A DNA stretch of 64,000 nucleotides from Squalus acanthias (Eukaryota): NCBI GenBank assembly GCA_030390025.1, contig JASTWF010000033.1, forward strand, positions 5,334,001-5,398,000, given 5' to 3'. The notes under the pieces are model-generated. The model worked only from the letters and a program-made list of their open reading frames with translations, searched no databases and was not told the origin of the DNA. The position numbers were made by a program, and so were the translations under genes. This document shows positions 24,237 through 36,339 of the stretch, piece by piece; the first letter of the stretch is position 1; each line of letters opens with the position of its first letter.

Positions 24237-24609
24237 CTGTAAGGAAGGGGGGGAAAGGGAAAATGCACATCAGGATTGGAGCTGAAATATCAGTGTCGTG
24301 GATCAATGGATGTCATTTGCTGAGAGCTCACAACATCCCGTGATGGAATCCATCATGACAGAACTTCATGTTAGAGCTAAGACTTCAAGTCAAGTGTCAG
24401 TAATGATTTGTGAATTCAAGGACTGATCAAATTGGATAAATAAACATGAAAATAACACGGTTATAATTATTCAGAAATGTCCAACAATAGAATGTGGTTT
24501 GCCCTAATGAACAAAGAGTAAACACACTGACTGGTGCCAACAAAACCTGATGGTGCTGACAGAAGGTCCCACGGTCAAATCTGGGCCTAGTCAGTTACAA
24601 TTGGAATCA

Positions 24610-24880
24610 ATGACCCTGTGATATGGATGGGTTGATCCCCCTGGTTCCAGCTACTAAGCTGTGACTCTGGGATGTGCTGAGGGTGTAACCCCCTTGGTCC
24701 TGCTCCTGATCAGTGACTCTGGGATGTGCTGAGGGTGTAAACCCCTTGGTCCTGCTCCTGATCAGTGACTCTGAGATGTGCTGAGGGTGAAACTCCCATT
24801 GGTCCTGCTCCTGATCACTGACTCTGGGAAATGCTGAGTGTGTAATCCCCTGACTCCTGATGCTGATCAGAGACCCTGTT
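24610..24880 (+). repeat. minisatellite, ~52-bp unit, ~5 copies (GPCR intron)
   Basis: gtgactctgggatgtgctgagggtgtaacccccttggtcctgctcctgatca repeated from 24661, 24713, ... Confidence 0.9.
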
Positions 24881-25546
24881 TATTGTGATGTCACATATGA
24901 ACATAGGAGCAGGAGTGTGCCATTCAGCCCATCGAGCCTGTTCCGCCATTTAATGAGATCTGGGCTATCTGTATCCAAACTCCATTCATCTGCCTCGTGT
25001 CTATATAACTTAATACCCAACAAATGCTCAGTTTAGCTGAATCACTTCCCAAAACAGATGTTAGACTATCTAATCTTTAATTTCCTGGTATCTCTCTCTC
25101 ACCTTTCCTAAATAACAATTGCATTTGTAATTTTGCAACCTAATGGGACAATTCATGACTCGAGAGAGCTTCGGAAGATTACGGCTAAACCATCTGCAAT
25201 TTCCTCACTACTTTCTTTATAACCCTGGGGTGGAAACCATCTGGTTCTCGGGATTATCAGTCTTCAGTGCCATTATATTTGCTGATACTGTTTTCTTGCT
25301 TACGTTACCCCGACTACTTTTTCTCTTATATAATTGTAAAAACCTTTTGTGTTGCTCTTGAAATCGATCGCAATTTTATTTTCTTATTCCCTCTTTGCAG
25401 CTCTTAATATCTGTGTTGTCTTCCTTTGCTGTTCTTTCTATCTCTGGCAGCTCCCTCGATCTACACTATTATTTTCACTTTTGTATGTTATTTCCATTAG
25501 CTTTATGTTATCTCTCACCTCTTCTGTTGACCATTGTTCACATGAT

Positions 25547-25998
25547 TCCTGCTCCTGGTCAGTGACCCTGGGATATGGTGGGGTATACGCCTTGGTCCTG
25601 CTCCTGATCAGTGACCCTGTGATAGGGTGGGGTATACACCTTGGTCCTGCTCCTGATCAGTGACCCTGGGATATGGTGGGGTATACGCCTTGGTCCTGCT
25701 CCAAATCAGTGACTCTGGGATATGGTCGGGTATACGCCTTGGTCCTGCTCCTAATCAGTGACCCTGGGATATGGTGGGGTATACGCCTTGGTCCTGCTCC
25801 TGATCAGTGACCCTGGGATATGGTGGGGTATACGCCTTGGTCCTGCTCCTGATCAGTGACCCTGTGATATGGTGGGGTATACGCCTTGGTCCTGCTCCTG
25901 ATCAGTGATCCTGTGATATGGTGGGGTATACGCCTTGGTCCTGCTCCTGATCAGTGACCCTGTGATATGGCGGGGTATACGCCTTGGTCCTGCTCCTG
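25547..25998 (+). repeat. minisatellite, 49-bp unit, ~9 copies (GPCR intron)
   Basis: gtgaccctgggatatggtggggtatacgccttggtcctgctcctgatca in tandem. Confidence 0.95.
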
Positions 25999-27077
25999 TA
26001 CATTGTGTAATGACTTCTGCTGGAAAGTGTCTGTTTGAATGTTTGACGAGTAAAAGGATTGTTCAGCCACGTTATGTGCCGTGGCAGAATGACATTTTAC
26101 ACCTGCTGCCTCGCCTCAAACTTAATGAACGGTAATTTCAGAGTGGTCCCTGGTGCCGAAATCTAGCAAGGGCCTGTATAAACCCGGAGTTTAAATTAAT
26201 CCGACTAGCGGGAAAGGGGTGTGTTCAAGTCGGACACCTGTTTTACTCACCGTCCAATGGTCCGCAACATTGAAGTCAATGCATAGCGAAATCGGGCGGG
26301 CTGTAAAACGGGTGTCCGGGCCGAACTCGCCTGGTTCCCGCCGGGCGGGTTAGCTTCAAATGATAGCTGAAATTAGATACAGAGGCAGAGAACAAGAGTG
26401 AATTAAAATCATCAATGAAATATTTCAAAATTAACATCAGCCGTGAGATGGGTCTTAACTCGGGACAGCGTAAATCACTCTTAGAGGATATACTTCTAAC
26501 TAAAGAGGAGAACAGTACAAGGAGCAGAGGAAGACACCGGGTCATGAGGAGAGAGTGGGTCTGGGGAGTCGTTTTTGAAATACTGCAGCAAACAGCTGAG
26601 ACTGAGAGAAGGCTGAACCGTCTCCTTCTGTGCAGGAAACATCTGGGGTGTGAAACGGCAGTGGAAAAATGGACCAAAGGAGAATCATCTGTAATCATGT
26701 GTGGAACATGAGATAGCTGTCTTGTGAAAACTCATCAAGGACACAATACCTTCTGGAGAGGAAGAGAGAGAAACTTAAAAAATCAGTATTGGCAATAATA
26801 ACGGAATATTATCTTTTGCTACCGGATAAAAATGATCAGTAGCGGATTGGATGGGTATTGTACACACTGCCCGATTTCAGTCATTGATTACTGGCGCAAC
26901 TTTTAACTTTCAGCAAAGAAGTAAACGAGACAATATCGAATGGCCAATGTTTCTAAAACCCCACTCCGTTTCGCTATCCTGTAAAATCAATGTAAAGGAA
27001 ATTCGTGAGAGGTGTATAATGGGAGCCCAGTGTTACATAACCGATCTTACACTATTACCAATACAAAATGTACTACC

Positions 27078-27125
27078 TGTCTGTCGATCTGTCAGTATGT
27101 CTATCCACTGTCTGTCTATCTATCG

Positions 27126-27209
<84 letters not shown>

Positions 27210-27378
27210 CTCTCTCTATCTATCTATCTGTCTATCTATCTCTCTCTCTATCTATCTATCTGTCTATCTGTCTATCTATCTGTCTGTCTATCTATGTATA
27301 TATCTATCTATCTGTCTATCTATCTGTCTATCTATCTGTCTGTCTATCTATCTATCTAACTATCTATCTATCTAACTG

Positions 27379-27416
<38 letters not shown>

Positions 27417-27425
27417 CACTGTCTG

Positions 27426-27500
<75 letters not shown>

Positions 27501-27508
27501 GCCTGTAA

Positions 27509-27562
<54 letters not shown>

Positions 27563-27608
27563 TAATCTATCTATCTATCTATCTGTCTATCTATCTATCA
27601 ATCTATCT
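27078..27608 (+). repeat. (TATC)n/(TGTC)n compound microsatellite, ~530 bp
   Basis: direct inspection. Confidence 0.98.
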
Positions 27609-28513
27609 GATGATTTTGTAATGGGAGAATGTCCATTCGTATTTCAAAGCTATTCGGATGGGCAGCCACTATAAAGGGGCTGATGATGTAACTAACGATT
27701 CGATCTGCCACCTTGTGTTTGAGAAAGGATCTGAATGGAAGTGAAACAATGCTAATCTGGCGCTGTCCACATGACTGCGAGAACTGAATAGGTTTCAAAT
27801 TAATAGAGGGAATAAAAAACGATAAAATGATAAAGGAATCTACAACGCACCTTACTCCATTTACAATCAATTGGAATTAAAATCAGTTGGAATGATTTAT
27901 CGCCAATTGCAACTCTGTATCATTAATTTTACCCAACAGATGTAAAAAATATCCTTGAAGCCATGAACATATTCCTGATTGGATTTGATTCGATCTTTAC
28001 TGTTTAACAATCAATCACCGCCTGTCCGGAGCACACACAGATAATCGGGGCGGGCAACAGGCCCCTCACCAATAATAGAACCCGCCAGATTCACCTTCCT
28101 TTAAAATCAATGGAACGACTGTGGCTGGTTTTGTAAATCCTTCTCGCCCACTTCTTGTTCCACCGGCCTCCTCATTCGCTGTTTAACGCCCAGAGGGTAA
28201 AGTGTAAAATCTACTCCCAGACTCAGACCGGACTGCAGATTGTAAGATATTCATTAAATAAATCACCCAATGACACTGTCGGGGAACAAGTTACTTTCAG
28301 ACACAAAGCAAGAGGAATAAACTGAATACAGTGATTTTTTGGATATGCAGACTTACACAATGAACACAGTGTTTACAGTTAAATATCGTTTCCAGTATGA
28401 AATATTAATATGGTCACTTACAAGGAACACCGACAGCAACTGGGATTTGACAGTTACAGGCAGGAATACAATTAAAATGGTTACAGGATTAATACCTGGA
28501 GATAGATACTTAC

Positions 28514-28598
28514 GAGGGACACCAAAAACAGCGAGGGTGGGATAATAAATCTTCTGTACACGTAGAATTGCACGCAATGCCGTAACATATTGTCTCAT
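28514..28598 (-). CDS. GPR139-like GPCR, exon 1
   Basis: MRQYVTALRAILRVQKIYYPTLAVFGVP then C|GTAAGT donor; phase-1 junction (C+TT=Leu) fits exon 2, giving ~328 aa. Confidence 0.85.
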
Positions 28599-29579
28599 GG
28601 AGGACTCCGATCCGTTTTTCCAACTTGTGCTGAACGCTGATCCCGGGTTGTTCTGCAGACCAAGCTCCGAGAGACACTCTGGGTTAACACACTGAGCGAA
28701 GACCCTTATGTAAGGCGAGATAAATCTCCACTGACATAATTAGGGCGCAAGGAGACTGACATTAATTACAGTGACTGAACAAACAGATTCAGTTAATCTC
28801 TTTTACACAACGTGTTGCAATATCATAAACTATATTTAGCCCGATATTGCACAGATGTAAAGTGAATCTCCCCAAAGCTCAGGGTTAATCAGACTATGTG
28901 GAATAGTCAGTATGACGGCATTGGGTGAAGCGAGAACAGGTTTAGTTACAGGTTTCTGATGATCTCTGTGATAATGAGGTTCTGTAATTTCAGAGAATTT
29001 CTATCCAATTCTCAGTGTGGACTTTAACCTCAGTCAGTGAAAGCAAACCATCTGGTTGAGCCCCGGGGAATATCCTTTGCTCATTTCTGAAGATCCATGG
29101 CAAACATTGTCCTATTTCCATTGCCCTTAAAATGCAGACACACTCCTGGCGACCGCAAAGAATGTGTGCTCATGACCCGTGAATCTTTCCCAGAAAAACA
29201 CAACCATTGACGCTGTACATAGTCAGATATGGCCATGTACCTGCTCTAAACATTGAAACATTCCTGAGGACTCCCCACTAATATTGATACACCTCCAGGA
29301 ACCGGTATAACAAGATCGCAAGAGCCCCAACCCTGTAGATGGTGATGTAATCATTGGTACCTGAATAAACATTTACAATTGCATGGAACTTACTGGAGTT
29401 ATGGCACAATTCCTGGGAACCCATTCGCAAATACTAACTATTCCACAGAACCCCTGCAAAGAACTCACTGTCAGGAGTTCTTCCACTTATTTTCTCACTT
29501 CCAGTTGCAGAGTGCAAATAAATCACATTTCCAGGGATCGCCATCAGACAAAGAGCTAATCCCTAAATTGTTACCGGAG

Positions 29580-29828
29580 ACTTCAGTTATGTGGAGAGAC
29601 TTGAGAATTAGCATGTTTCTTCTTAGAGCAGAGAGGGTTAAATGGAGATTTAAATGAGGCGATCAAAATAATGAAGTGTTTGATAGAGTATATAGGGAGA
29701 AACTGTTTCCACTGGCAGGATGGTCGATAACCAAAGGACACAGATTTAGGATAATTTGCAAGAAAAAATCCAGGAGTGATATCAGGAGCATTGTTGTAAT
29801 GCGGCAATTTGTTCTGATCTGGAATATA
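29580..29828 (+). mobile_element. CR1 3' coding fragment
   Basis: FDRVYREKLFPLAGWSITKGHRFRII peptide. Confidence 0.75.
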
Positions 29829-30120
29829 GCTCTAGAAATTGTACAAGTCCTGAAAACAGGCGCAGGCAGCGCAAAGCTCGATCTGCCCCAGTCCTTTCTA
29901 AGTGTTGCAGGCAGCACACACAATTCGTGCTGCCTGCTTATTGGAATGATTGCAATGCTGATCTCAGCGCTAAATCCGCTGCTGATTGGCTTAGTGCTGA
30001 ACAGGGGGGACAATATCGTGTGCAGTCTACTGGCCAATAAAGCTTGGCCTAGGTTCGCTGCACTATTAAAGGGGAAGTGCCTTGTTGCAGAAGCACCTCA
30101 TTGTCATTGTGGAGAAAACC

Positions 30121-30359
30121 ATGTTCCAACAGCTAAGAGAAAGGACGAGGTGATTTTCAGATGCAGCAATGGAAGCCTTGGTCCTCGAGTTTCAAAGACG
30201 CTGTCAGGCCGTCTATCTAAGAGTGGCAAGAGGCTTTCAAGGAAGGACAACAGAAGGCTGCGGGAGGTGATCGCTGAAGCCGTCAGTGCGACAAGTGTTA
30301 GCCCCAAGACCTGGATGCAATCACGCAAAAAATTTTATGACCTCAGACGAGTGGTCAAG
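30121..30359 (+). pseudogene. Harbinger Myb/SANT-like DNA-binding protein exon (one stop, one frameshift)
   Basis: RERTR*FSDAAMEALV...EVIAEAVSATSVSPKTWMQSRKKFYDLRRVVK then GT donor; further coding-like sequence at ~30560-31540. Confidence 0.75.
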
Positions 30360-31714
30360 GTGGGTGAATGCATCATCAAATGCCATATCGCACCATCTGT
30401 ACCACAAGCCTCACACATTGCTCAATGCAACACACTGATGGTGTAGGCATGGATATCTTGCTATCCCCCATCCCTCACCACATCTCGACCCTTGTGCCTT
30501 TCTCCTTTCAGATACGCACGAATTCCAACTACGCCAACCTGTCCCCGAATCTTTGTAGGAGAGCAGAGCAGTAGCACCGTCAATGCATCTGATATTCACA
30601 GGCACCAGCTCAGAAAATGGCACTGCGAGGATTTTAGAGTGTAGTATAGAGGCAGGCTCTGCAGGTGATGAGTTAATGGACACCAGTGGGCTGCAGCCAG
30701 GTCAGGGGAAAAAGATAGATGGGTGTCAGCTCCCCAGTGGGTGAGTTCATGCACGAGTTCTGATGCACAGGAATCAGATCATGACCTCAATGGGACGGCC
30801 ATCAGAAGAAGGGTGATGGGTATGCACACTGAAATGCTCGGTGCAATGACAAGCCTGCCAGAGGGCCTCTTGTCAGTGCCAAGCAGCATGGAGATGTCCA
30901 GCGCCAACATTGCACAGGAATTTGCACGGAGCTTGGAGCCCGTGATTTCCAGGATGGAAATGATGAGCAACTCCATGAGAGACCTAGTAGACCCAGCCAT
31001 GATACTGTGTGTGATGGGTGATGTCACAGCTTCCATTGCAGCACAGGCGGAAGCGACCCAACGTCTCAGTACTGCAGTGGAAGCTCACATTGCTGCCATC
31101 GTGGCTGGATTTACGAGAATGAAGTGCGGGGTCTCACAGCACTCCGGCAATCTTTCACCAAATAGAAGGCTAGAATTGCTGAGGCGCCACCCTGGGAAGT
31201 GGCAGTGCCTCCACAGAGCAAGAACCTGCAGTCCTCTCTCAGGATGACAGCATTCATACTCCCACCACTGCAACTCTGGCAGTGCCCTTGCTGCTGCCTG
31301 TCATCCAGCCAACTCAGGCTGCTGCCGTCCATGCCGAGGTGGTGCAGTCTACAGCCGGGCATTCTAGGCCCAGAGCTGCTCGAGGTCTTCCTGCAAGGCC
31401 ATCTGCAGTCTCCCCATTGAAAGTCAGCAGCCTTCCATCAGCCATTCTGTAGCCACTGGGGGAGCACTTCGTAGGAGCACGAGAGTAGGAGAAGCAACAC
31501 GAAAGAAAGACAGACACTGAGGGAAAGCACAAGGGTGTTTAGAGTTGACATTGTTATTCTGATTGTGATTTGATAACTTTATAAATTATGTTTGGAATGT
31601 TTGTTTTGTGGTGGCTCTCATTTCAGCTTTGTGACCAGGAGGACGCTGTGATGTTCTGTGACAGAGGGATGGTAAGGTGGGGAACTGGTGATCAACAGGC
31701 ATGTGGAGTTTCAT

Positions 31715-32273
31715 TCACTGGAAGTGGAATCTGATGAGGCGCTCACGGACAGCCTGTCCAGAACAAGGATCTACTGCCTGCTCCTCCCTTCTCCATCCTC
31801 CTCTTCTTCGTTCTCCTGCTCTTCCATTTCTACCTATTCCGCCTCCTGCTCTTCCTCCTCCTGCTCTTCCTCCTCTTCCTCCTCCTCCTGAGGTGGTCCC
31901 AGAACACGTGATGGCAATCACTTCGCCCTCAAGATGCCCACGTTGTGGCGCATGCAGCAGGTCACCACTAAATGGGACTCCAGTGTTTACTGGAGAGATC
32001 CTCATGAGCCGTCAAGGCTGAGGGACCGTTGCTTTAACACCCCGATAGTCTGCGCGATGAGGTACCTCGTGGCAGCATGGCTCTCATTATATGAGTGCAG
32101 GCCCCGAGTGGTGGGGTATTGGTGAGGTGTCATCAGCCAGGTGCATAGCGGAAAGCCCTTGTCTCCGAGCAGCCACCCTTTGGTTTGACATGGTGGCTGG
32201 AAGATTGCTGGTACACCAGACTGGTGCAGGATGAAGGCATCATGACTGCTGCCAGGATAACAGGCAATCACCC
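31715..32273 (-). pseudogene. HARBI1-like DDE transposase C-terminal fragment (frameshifted)
   Basis: YPGSSHDAFIL, WLLGDKGFPL, WLMTP, YNESHAATR..IAQTIGVLKQR motifs of the Harbinger (DDE_Tnp_4-type) transposase; acidic/low-complexity tail. Confidence 0.88.
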
Positions 32274-33618
32274 CAATGTGGGGCTCGACCGAACCTCCCT
32301 GTAAGTTAAGAGTCTCAGAGTGTACCGGGTAAACCAGCCAGAACTATTGCTGGCTTACATTTATCTGTTGTTACAGGGAGGGAGCTGTCGGCTCAGCTTG
32401 TTCTACAAATAATGAAGTAGGTTCTCCAGAATTCCAAGGTGTAGAAATAAATCGGCCAACATCAATAAACAATCATATAATTTAGATCTTCTGTGGGAAG
32501 GGCCGAGGCTCCATCCCCGTCCTGAGGTATATTAATTCATTCACTCTGCTCTGTATTGAACTGTGAAATCATTTTAGCTGCTCAATTCCTGAATTGATGC
32601 TGATAAATAAATTGACATATAAGTGGAAAAAGTGTGTCTGTTTCATGCAGCCACAGACACTGTTTATTTCTCAGTCACTTTCCCCTTTGATCGATTAGTG
32701 GCCAATTATTGCCAGAAGCTCAAAACTAAATATTGCACTGAGAAAAAACAGAGGCAGCAAACAAGTGGATAAGCCCAGTGACTCAGGGAGTGTGTTCCGG
32801 ATTGCGCTGCCTGAAAGGGCGGTGGAAGCAGATTCAATAGGAACTTTCAAAAGGGAATTGGATAAACTATTGAATAGGAAAAATTTGAAAGGCTGATATC
32901 TGAAACATACATACACAAAGAGAGCACACACACATGTCTGTGTGAGTGTTTGAATCTTTGCCTCAAGCACTGCATAACTGCTTCCTCTACCAGGTCCTTG
33001 ATAGTAAAGTGATCAGTGTTCAATTTCCCGACGGCTTCTCTCTGTCTGTGTGTCTCTGTGTTTCTTTCTGTCTCTGAGAAAAGCTACGGCCCGGATTCGA
33101 TTCTCGGTAAGGAAACATTTCGTTTCGGGATTGTTTCAACTGCCACCAATCAAAGCAGCCTGATCAAGCAACAGTCAGCAGCGCATCATTCGGTACAGCA
33201 ATCCAAAATACCCTTCCTCGCCTTCTGTAAAATGACGGCCACCTTTGCCAGCGGGGCGGAGAGACTCATCTTTCTGTTTATTTCTGTTTCTGGGTTTGTT
33301 GATGAACTTTGAACTGGCGGCCTGTTCCCGTTAATGGTCACAAGCAGGAAGAGACAGACAGAGCGGCGCTGACCCCGCGAGATGGGCAAAAGACTTCAGT
33401 TCAGGACAAATACATCAATGAAATGTTCGCCCGACACCGGGAGAGACAACATCCAGAGAAAAGCACAGAAGGAAATAGATATTAAAAAAACTATATACAT
33501 ATAAATCCTTGATGTCTCTCTATTCCATCGCCAACCCTTCAGTGCCGGATAAGTAATTCCAGTTTAAATCGTTCCGGTCGAGAATAGCAGCGGAAAGAAA
33601 CTCAAATAAACTTTAAAT

Positions 33619-33687
33619 TAGTGAAACCCGGGACTGACCCAGGGACCTTTAAGATCTTCAGACGCTCCCCAACTGCTTTATTTCCGC
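33619..33687 (-). pseudogene. tRNA-Phe(GAA) pseudogene
   Basis: gcggaaata..cagttggggagcgtctgaagatcttaaaggtccctgggtcagtcccgggtttc on the minus strand. Confidence 0.75.
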
Positions 33688-34086
33688 TACAGAGCAAGCG
33701 CTGCTGTTTTTGGAGGGAAAGGTAAGGGTTTGTGTCATGAATTCGCCGCGTTTGCATCAAGCATCTAATTCACCTGCAGGCTGGAGGAGCAGAGGAGGCT
33801 GGAGGGAAAGAAGTGATAGGAGCAGAAGGAGAAGCCATTTGAAACTGGCAGAATCTTGTGTCTGACTGTTGTTTCAAATGATGCCGGACAGCCCTGCGTG
33901 GATTTGCAGTTTTCCCAGGAGCTGCATTGTTCGGTGCCTCCATTTTAGACATGGAAACATGTCCATCAGGAGCTTGTGGTAATCTTTCACCTCACTGTGC
34001 ATTTCAAGTGGATGCCGTATCGTACTTGGTGCTGTGGTTGCGCGAACATGTCTTTTGTGTTCTCGCCTAAAATGTCATTTTTTACG

Positions 34087-34149
34087 AACAGTTGGATGAA
34101 CGTTCGACTGAAGATCTAAAGTTCCCTGGTTCAATCCCGGGTTTCGGCA
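34087..34149 (+). pseudogene. tRNA-Phe(GAA), 5' end lost
   Basis: cagttggatgaacgttcgactgaagatctaaagttccctggttcaatcccgggtttcggca. Confidence 0.82.
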
Positions 34150-34449
34150 GTTTTCAATTCATTTGAGTTTTCTGCCGGTGCCGGTTCTCGAACGAAACGA
34201 TTATAAGTTAAATTATGTATCCGGCACTGAAGTGTTGGCGATGGAATAGAGAAACAACTAGGATGGGAAATATGTATATCGTTTTATTTTCATCGATTTG
34301 CTTCTGTCCTTTTCTCTGAATTTTCTCTCTCGCGCTGCCGGGTGAACATTTCATTTGATGCATTTGTGCTAAACTAAAGCCTTGTCCACTTCTTTCTTTG
34401 TAAAGCTTGTATTTTAAATGTTAGAAAAGACCGTGACATAATAAATTAT

Positions 34450-35170
34450 GGGCCGTATTTTCGGATCGAACGCTTCCCGCGTGCGGAGGCCTCCGATCTG
34501 GAGAAAATCTACTGACTTACCTGAGGGCTCCCGAGGCCCGGGCACTTCCGCTCCTGGGCCTCTCCAACTCGAAATCTGCAGGGCCCACGTGTACCAGAGG
34601 CGCATGCGGTTCGCAAGCGTTCCTGGGATCACGTAGGTCATGTGGAGCCAATCAAAGAAGAGAATCTCCCTTCATACACTTGACAGATGGACCTGTCAAA
34701 TATATGAATGGAGATCACCCCAAAAACACTTTAAAATATTAAATATATATTTTTTAACCACATTCTTAAAATTAGTTGAAATTACAATAAATTAAATATT
34801 CTAAACAAAAATGTAATCTTTTGAAAAAAATAATTAAAGATTATTATAGGGCTAAAAATAAACTTACCTTTTTTGAAGTATTTTTAAATGATAAATGAGT
34901 GAAAAAAATGTTTTTAACTTTTTTCAAATCTTACGCCTGCTTTTACCAGGTGTAAGATTTTTAAGGGCAGAGGTTCTCCAGAAAGCGGAACTATCCGCCC
35001 ACAGAGGCCCTTCTCCAGGGAAGGCATCCGATCTGTCAAGAGCATTCTTGACAGAACGGAAATGCCGGTTTCAGCGCATGGGCTTCGCATGCCTGAAACC
35101 GGCATTTCCGATGTCCCCGCGGGTGTGTCCACAACGCGTACACACCCCTAGCGATCGGAATATGCGGCCC
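34450..35170 (-). mobile_element. MITE copy 5 (distinct subfamily)
   Basis: termini GGGCCGTATTTTC / GAATATGCGGCCC; shared gggatcacgt..agccaat and tgaca..tgtcaaa.tatgaat motifs, AT-rich core. Confidence 0.8.
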
Positions 35171-35181
35171 AATAAGTATGA

Positions 35182-35224
35182 TGGTTCCGTATGGGAATCG
35201 AACCCACAAGCTATGGTGTTATCA
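35182..35224 (-). pseudogene. tRNA-Ile-like 3' half
   Basis: tggttccgtatgggaatcgaacccacaagctatggtgttat resembles the reverse complement of the tRNA-Ile(AAT) 3' half. Confidence 0.55.
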
Positions 35225-35429
35225 CTCGGTGACCATGTTAGGATTTCCTTCAGACTGAAACAGAAAGTTGATTCATCAATTAGAACAATTGTTCATCATT
35301 TTACAGAGTTTAATGAGTTTTGTCAAATTCAGATAATAAAGTGTATTAATACAAATGTTAATCCCGGACCTGCATTTGTAGACTGCGGTTCTCTTCTGTG
35401 ATGTTCTTACAACCATTGGCCGGGGCAGA

Positions 35430-35503
35430 GTTTCCACAGTGTAGTGGTCATCATGTCTGTCTTCAGACGCGAAAAGTCCACGGTTCGAAACCGAGCGGAA
35501 ACA
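35430..35503 (+). pseudogene. tRNA-Val pseudogene
   Basis: gtttccacagtgtagtggtcatc...acgcgaaaagtccacggttcgaaaccgagcggaaaca then TTTT; anticodon arm scrambled. Confidence 0.8.
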
Positions 35504-35569
35504 TTTTGAAAACCTTCCCCATTAAAATTGAATAAATATGCAAAATTGAAGAATTCCTGTTGCGGTTAA

Positions 35570-35795
35570 ATACGCAGCGAGTGGTGATGACCTGGTACTC
35601 GGTGCCAACGGAAGTGGTGGAAGCAGAGACGCTCAATGTTTTCAAGGGGAGACTGGACAGGCACTTGAGGGAAATAAATTTGCAGGTCTACTGGGATAGA
35701 GCGGGTGAATGGGACTGACTGGATTGCTCTACAGAGAGTCGGCGCGGACTCGATGAGCCGAATGGCCTCCTTCTTTGCAGTTATGACTCTCTGAG
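35570..35795 (+). mobile_element. CR1 3' end
   Basis: acgcagcgagtggtgatgacctgg...ccgaatggcctccttct tail, as at 57680-57905. Confidence 0.8.
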
Positions 35796-36339
35796 TAAAA
35801 TGACATTGCTCACAGAATCCGTATATTTTCTTTGTACAATTCTGCACAGACTCAAACTCAGCACAGATTCCGAAGGTGTCCCTCCTTCACTCCCGTTTTC
35901 TGCCCTGACGGTGCAGAAAGCTCCTCTCAAAGCTGCACATTCGACTCGTTTCAGTGGATCCGCGGGAGATCTTTAAAGGATCCTGTAGCGTCGCCTCGGA
36001 TAATAACCCGAGATCGTCACCATATTTCACACACCGCAGCAACCCCGTCCATTTCAGTCTAAGTCCCCTTTTCAACGGTCTTAATAAGTCTTAATTACTG
36101 CCAAATAACCTCTCTGGCACCGAAAATTAACCGATATACATGTGGAGTCTCATTCATTCAGAATTCAATTGTATTAGATTTTTAAAATAATTAAAATATT
36201 TTTACTTTATTCTGTTTGTTTTTTCTCTCTCTTGATCCAATCTTTCTTTTCCTCTCTTTATTTCGCTTTCTGTGCCTGATTTGGTATTGAATTCACTGTT
36301 CTAACTTACATTTCCAGCTTCAGACTCTGTGCTGCTCAT

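Larger units (their letters stand above)
29829..32273. mobile_element. decayed autonomous-type PIF/Harbinger transposon (convergent Myb/SANT and transposase genes), right end missing
   Basis: TIR-like GCTCTAGAAATT at 29829; Myb-like exon on +, HARBI1-like DDE fragment on -. Confidence 0.8.

Noticed and set aside
24237..24306. N-terminus MIHDTDISAPILMCIFPFPPFLT of the 323-aa GPCR ORF
   Set aside because: Intron sequence (polypyrimidine tract plus AG); the TM1-containing first exon is at 28514-28598.
25547..25998. regularly spaced repeats resembling a CRISPR array
   Set aside because: Units are contiguous 49-mers without unique spacers, no cas genes, eukaryotic context: a minisatellite.
26150..26400. 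GC-rich segment with short inverted repeats (similar ones at ~26820-26960 and ~27890-28220)
   Set aside because: Probably old MITE relics, but termini and TSDs could not be defined.
26851..27508. long ORFs rich in YLSI/LSIY
   Set aside because: Translation of the (TATC)n microsatellite, which has no stops on this strand.
28700..28750. TATA-like TACATAA upstream of GPCR exon 1
   Set aside because: Plausible position but a weak match with no transcription start evidence.
29676..30446. 256-aa ORF as a single gene
   Set aside because: Chance read-through of a CR1 fragment, the transposon left end and part of the Myb-like exon.
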